A stretch of DNA of 53,583 nt, taken from positions 141,246,717-141,300,299 of the forward strand of contig NC_068982.1 of the NCBI RefSeq assembly GCF_001194135.2, given 5' to 3'. Origin of the DNA: Octopus bimaculoides. Its lineage: Eukaryota. Under the pieces are notes generated by a model. It ran no database searches. It saw only the letters and a list, made by a program, of their open reading frames with translations, and was not told the DNA's origin. The stretch's first letter is position 1. Each line of letters opens with the position of its first letter. A program made the position numbers and the translations under genes. This document shows positions 50,574-53,583 of this stretch, piece by piece.

Positions 50574-50757
50574 NNNNNNNNNNNNNNNNNNNNNNNNNNN
50601 NNNNNNNNNNNNNNNNNNNNNNNNNNNNNNNNNNNNNNNNNNNNNNNNNNNNNNNNNNNNNNNNNNNNNNNNNNNNNNNNNNNNNNNNNNNNNNNNNNNN
50701 NNNNNNNNNNNNNNNNNNNNNNNNNNNNNNNNNNNNNNNTATATATATATATATATA

Positions 50758-50797
<40 letters not shown>

Positions 50798-50861
50798 TTG
50801 GTGGCTGGGTGTGTATGTGTGTGTGTGTGTATATATATATAGTTGGTATACCTCTTAGCTG

Positions 50862-52885
50862 AATTCGACAAGCACGTCACCATGAAATTGAAAATTATTT
50901 TGAAACTGATACAAGCAGAGATGAAGAGTTTCGTAAATGTTTGCAAACGAAACAAGAGACCATTCAAAGACGGCAAAGGAATATTAATGCAATGAGTGTT
51001 GCCCGTATAAATGGTGAAGATTTTATACCTAATACTTACATATATTCAGGAAACAGAGTTCACGTTGGTAACAGTGGAAATACGAACTCCAATTGTCAGT
51101 GTTTCACAGGAATGCATTTTTCATCAGAGAGACCATCAGATGGATGTTTTAACAGTTGTTATCACAAAGGCAAAATTTTACGTCCTATCAGAAGAGAATT
51201 TCCACCATAATTAGTTTCATTGTTATCTGATCAAAATTATCCTCATTATAGGAATCTCAAAGAAATCATTCGATCATTTAATTCCTAACTATCATTCGCT
51301 TCGATTGCTGCGCAAGTTCAGAATTCACCAGGAAACGGTCCACTTTGTTTCCGCCTGCATGGAAAAATTTATCACAGAAATTCACATATTCATCCGAATG
51401 AAGACAAACGAAGAGAAAATGCTCAAATTCATGTTGTAGACAGCGCCCAAGAAACAGAAATGACAGCTCAGAACCATACCAATTCAGGTTGCCTCCAAGA
51501 AGATAATCTTATTCGTAGGTATAATGTGTAGCTTCAGTCTTTTCAAACACTTCGTAAAATGAAGTACAAGGAAAAGAACGTATTCAAGAAGAAAACCTTG
51601 ATATGCCAAGCGTCAAATTAGTAACCAGCAGAAATCGTAACACCGACAGAAGGAGATGCAATTTGCCAACAGTCGATGAAATTGCTATTGTATTCAAAAA
51701 CGAAAAAGGCGAACGACCATTTTGAAGAGAGTTTAAACTATATCTAAGGAACTCTGAGGCTCCTACTATAAATCTTAATATCGTAAGCCAAAATCTTGAT
51801 CGAATGACATACGTATAGTTTTTCCAACACGGTGAAAGAGGATGGAATCCAAACATGACCGGAAATCGTAATGAGCTGCAACGACGAAACATTTCAATGT
51901 TTCAACAGAAAATATATTTAACTGTTGTAAGCGATAAAGAATTCAATCCCCTTTTGCACGGAGGGAAAACTTTTTCCACAGTGGGTTGTAGATTCTCATT
52001 ACATACAGAAAATATCTATATTTTTTTATGTCTACAATAAGAAAACAACGCAGTGCATTCACAGACAACGTGACAACGTGCATCTGAGACTTTTGTTGTT
52101 GCACGTTAATGAGCTCGAAGTTTAGAACAACGGAAAACCGTGGATTGGGTCATATGCGGCAGCTGTAAAGAAGCAACAGAACGCCGGAAGATGGTTCAAA
52201 ATGACAATGAGTGGAGAAGAAGCTTAGAAGAGGCTCCTTCGATAAATATGCTCAGGCAGCTCCTGCTGCTGTTTGCACTCATCCGCATTTTCAATAATCC
52301 TGGGCGTACTGTTCGACAAGTTTGAAGAAAGTTTGACTGAAGACATATTTAGGCATCAGTAGAAAAATCTCAGTATAACTGGCTTTTCGATAAATTGAAA
52401 GAACATTGTTCTTGCAAGGTTTGACAGGCCGAGAGATGCATGGCCCCATTGTTGATATGGCTTTCATGAATGCTCAGAATGTAAAACAAATCCCGGATGA
52501 CATTGAAGTAGAAGCACAACCTATTTCTTTGACAGACAATCAGTGTCGTGTGTTTGATCAAATTGTCCAACAATTGATGACGAACGCCGACATAGCAGAC
52601 AGGTTTTTCTTCTTAGATGGCCCTGATAGTACAAGGAAAACGTACCTCTACAATGACTTGATATCGCATTTTAGTCGTTAAGGAAAGCGTGTTCTCTCAT
52701 TTGCTACAACGGACATTGCGGCTGATCTAATGTACCAAGGAAGAACTCTACACAGTGGCTTTAAATTCTACATCACGAATGAAGATTCCATCACAACGCT
52801 CTGAAGAATCAAAATTAGCTGACCTAATAAAGATTGAAGAGACATTAATGCTTCCAGTAAATTTATTGATCTACTGCTAAAGAAA

Positions 52886-52887
<2 letters not shown>
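50862..52887 (+). mobile_element. Helitron RepHel remnant (N-terminal region plus start of PIF1-like helicase; Rep core deleted), pseudogenised
   Basis: SCYHKGK, IRSFNS.LSFAS, GNGPLCFRLHGKIYH, LPTVDEIAIVF, LDRMTY..F..GERGW, FNPLLHGGK, RLLLLHV, EWRRSLEEA, Walker A region FFLDGPDSTRKTYLYN (~GPGGTGKT), FATTDIAADL..GRTLHSGF. Confidence 0.9.

Positions 52888-52938
<51 letters not shown>
52888..52938. repeat. (TCTA)n microsatellite
   Basis: About 12 perfect units. Confidence 0.97.
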
Positions 52939-53583
52939 CCGCACGAGTGAAAATATATAAGAAGGTTTGAAAATGCAATGGACTTTTAGAGATGTTTATT
53001 GACGTGACCGGTTTCACTTTTTTAGAAGAAGATTGTCAAAAGTAAAATGTAAAGCTTTGTAAAAGCTTTGTTGTGTTAAGTACTTGTTATCACAAAAGTT
53101 TTAAAATACAGTTCTACATTCTTTGATAATTAGAAAATGTTATAAAACAGTTTACAAGAAAGAATTCAAGAAAGTATCCAAGTATGGGACTACAATAAGT
53201 TGAGTTCAATAAAAATCATGTTTGGTTGGTAGTATATATATACACAGAAGGAGATATATTTAAGAATTTACAAAAGGTTGGAGAGGATTAAATGACCAGC
53301 CGAAATAAACATTAATTTCGATTGCCTGACGAAACGTACATATGGAATTAAAAATGATGAAGATCCATCAATACATTATAAATAACACTTAATATTTTCC
53401 TTTGGATGTTAGAATATAATCGCAAAAGAACACGTGATATACTGAAACATATGATGGTATAGATTAATAATGCATAAAAATCTCCATGCACAAATCAATT
53501 TCGTCGTTATTACACTTATCCTAAGTTGTAAAAGAGTCCCTCATAGATAACTACGCATCGGAATAGTCTTCAAGATGGGAATA

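Noticed and set aside
11794-50976. Long ORFs in the track containing X runs or [16 protein letters not shown] strings
   Set aside because: They are artefacts of N-gaps and stop-free microsatellites, not genes.
52406-52760. Host PIF1 helicase gene
   Set aside because: It is embedded in Helitron-specific upstream motifs, lacks introns, and has stops and a mutated Walker A.

Overview
AT-rich eukaryotic (metazoan) genomic DNA that is almost entirely non-genic. The SINE families, microsatellite density and TE mix suggest a coleoid cephalopod, probably Octopus; this is an inference from recalled repeat sequences, not a database hit. I find no confidently supported host gene, rRNA, tRNA or CRISPR array. 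The window is mostly decayed transposons. It holds two full-length but dead mariner elements with TIRs, a gap-truncated third, an unusual mariner built from two 5' ends, and several much older mariner fossils. It also holds a Tx1/L1-clade LINE, Jockey/CR1-group LINE 3' fragments, Penelope-like fragments, an internally deleted Helitron, about a dozen tRNA-derived SINE copies from three families, and many micro- and minisatellites. Eleven N-gaps (about 3.7 kb: 8077-8252, 11958-12355, 14187-14799, 17164-17362, 18444-18510, 25032-25334, 29971-30191, 42640-43156, 43464-44329, 45064-45274, 50574-50739) mostly abut (AT)n tracts. The most interesting observations are: (i) a mariner derivative with two head-to-head 5' ends and about 200-bp arms; (ii) two copies of a 62-bp micro-retroposon, each with a perfect 13-bp target-site duplication, possibly inserted at equivalent positions of two old mariner fossils; (iii) LINE and Helitron remnants that break at (GATA)n arrays; (iv) a two-spacer minisatellite dense in GATA-factor motifs; (v) a few weak candidate exons. 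All protein-family assignments are by eye from motifs.
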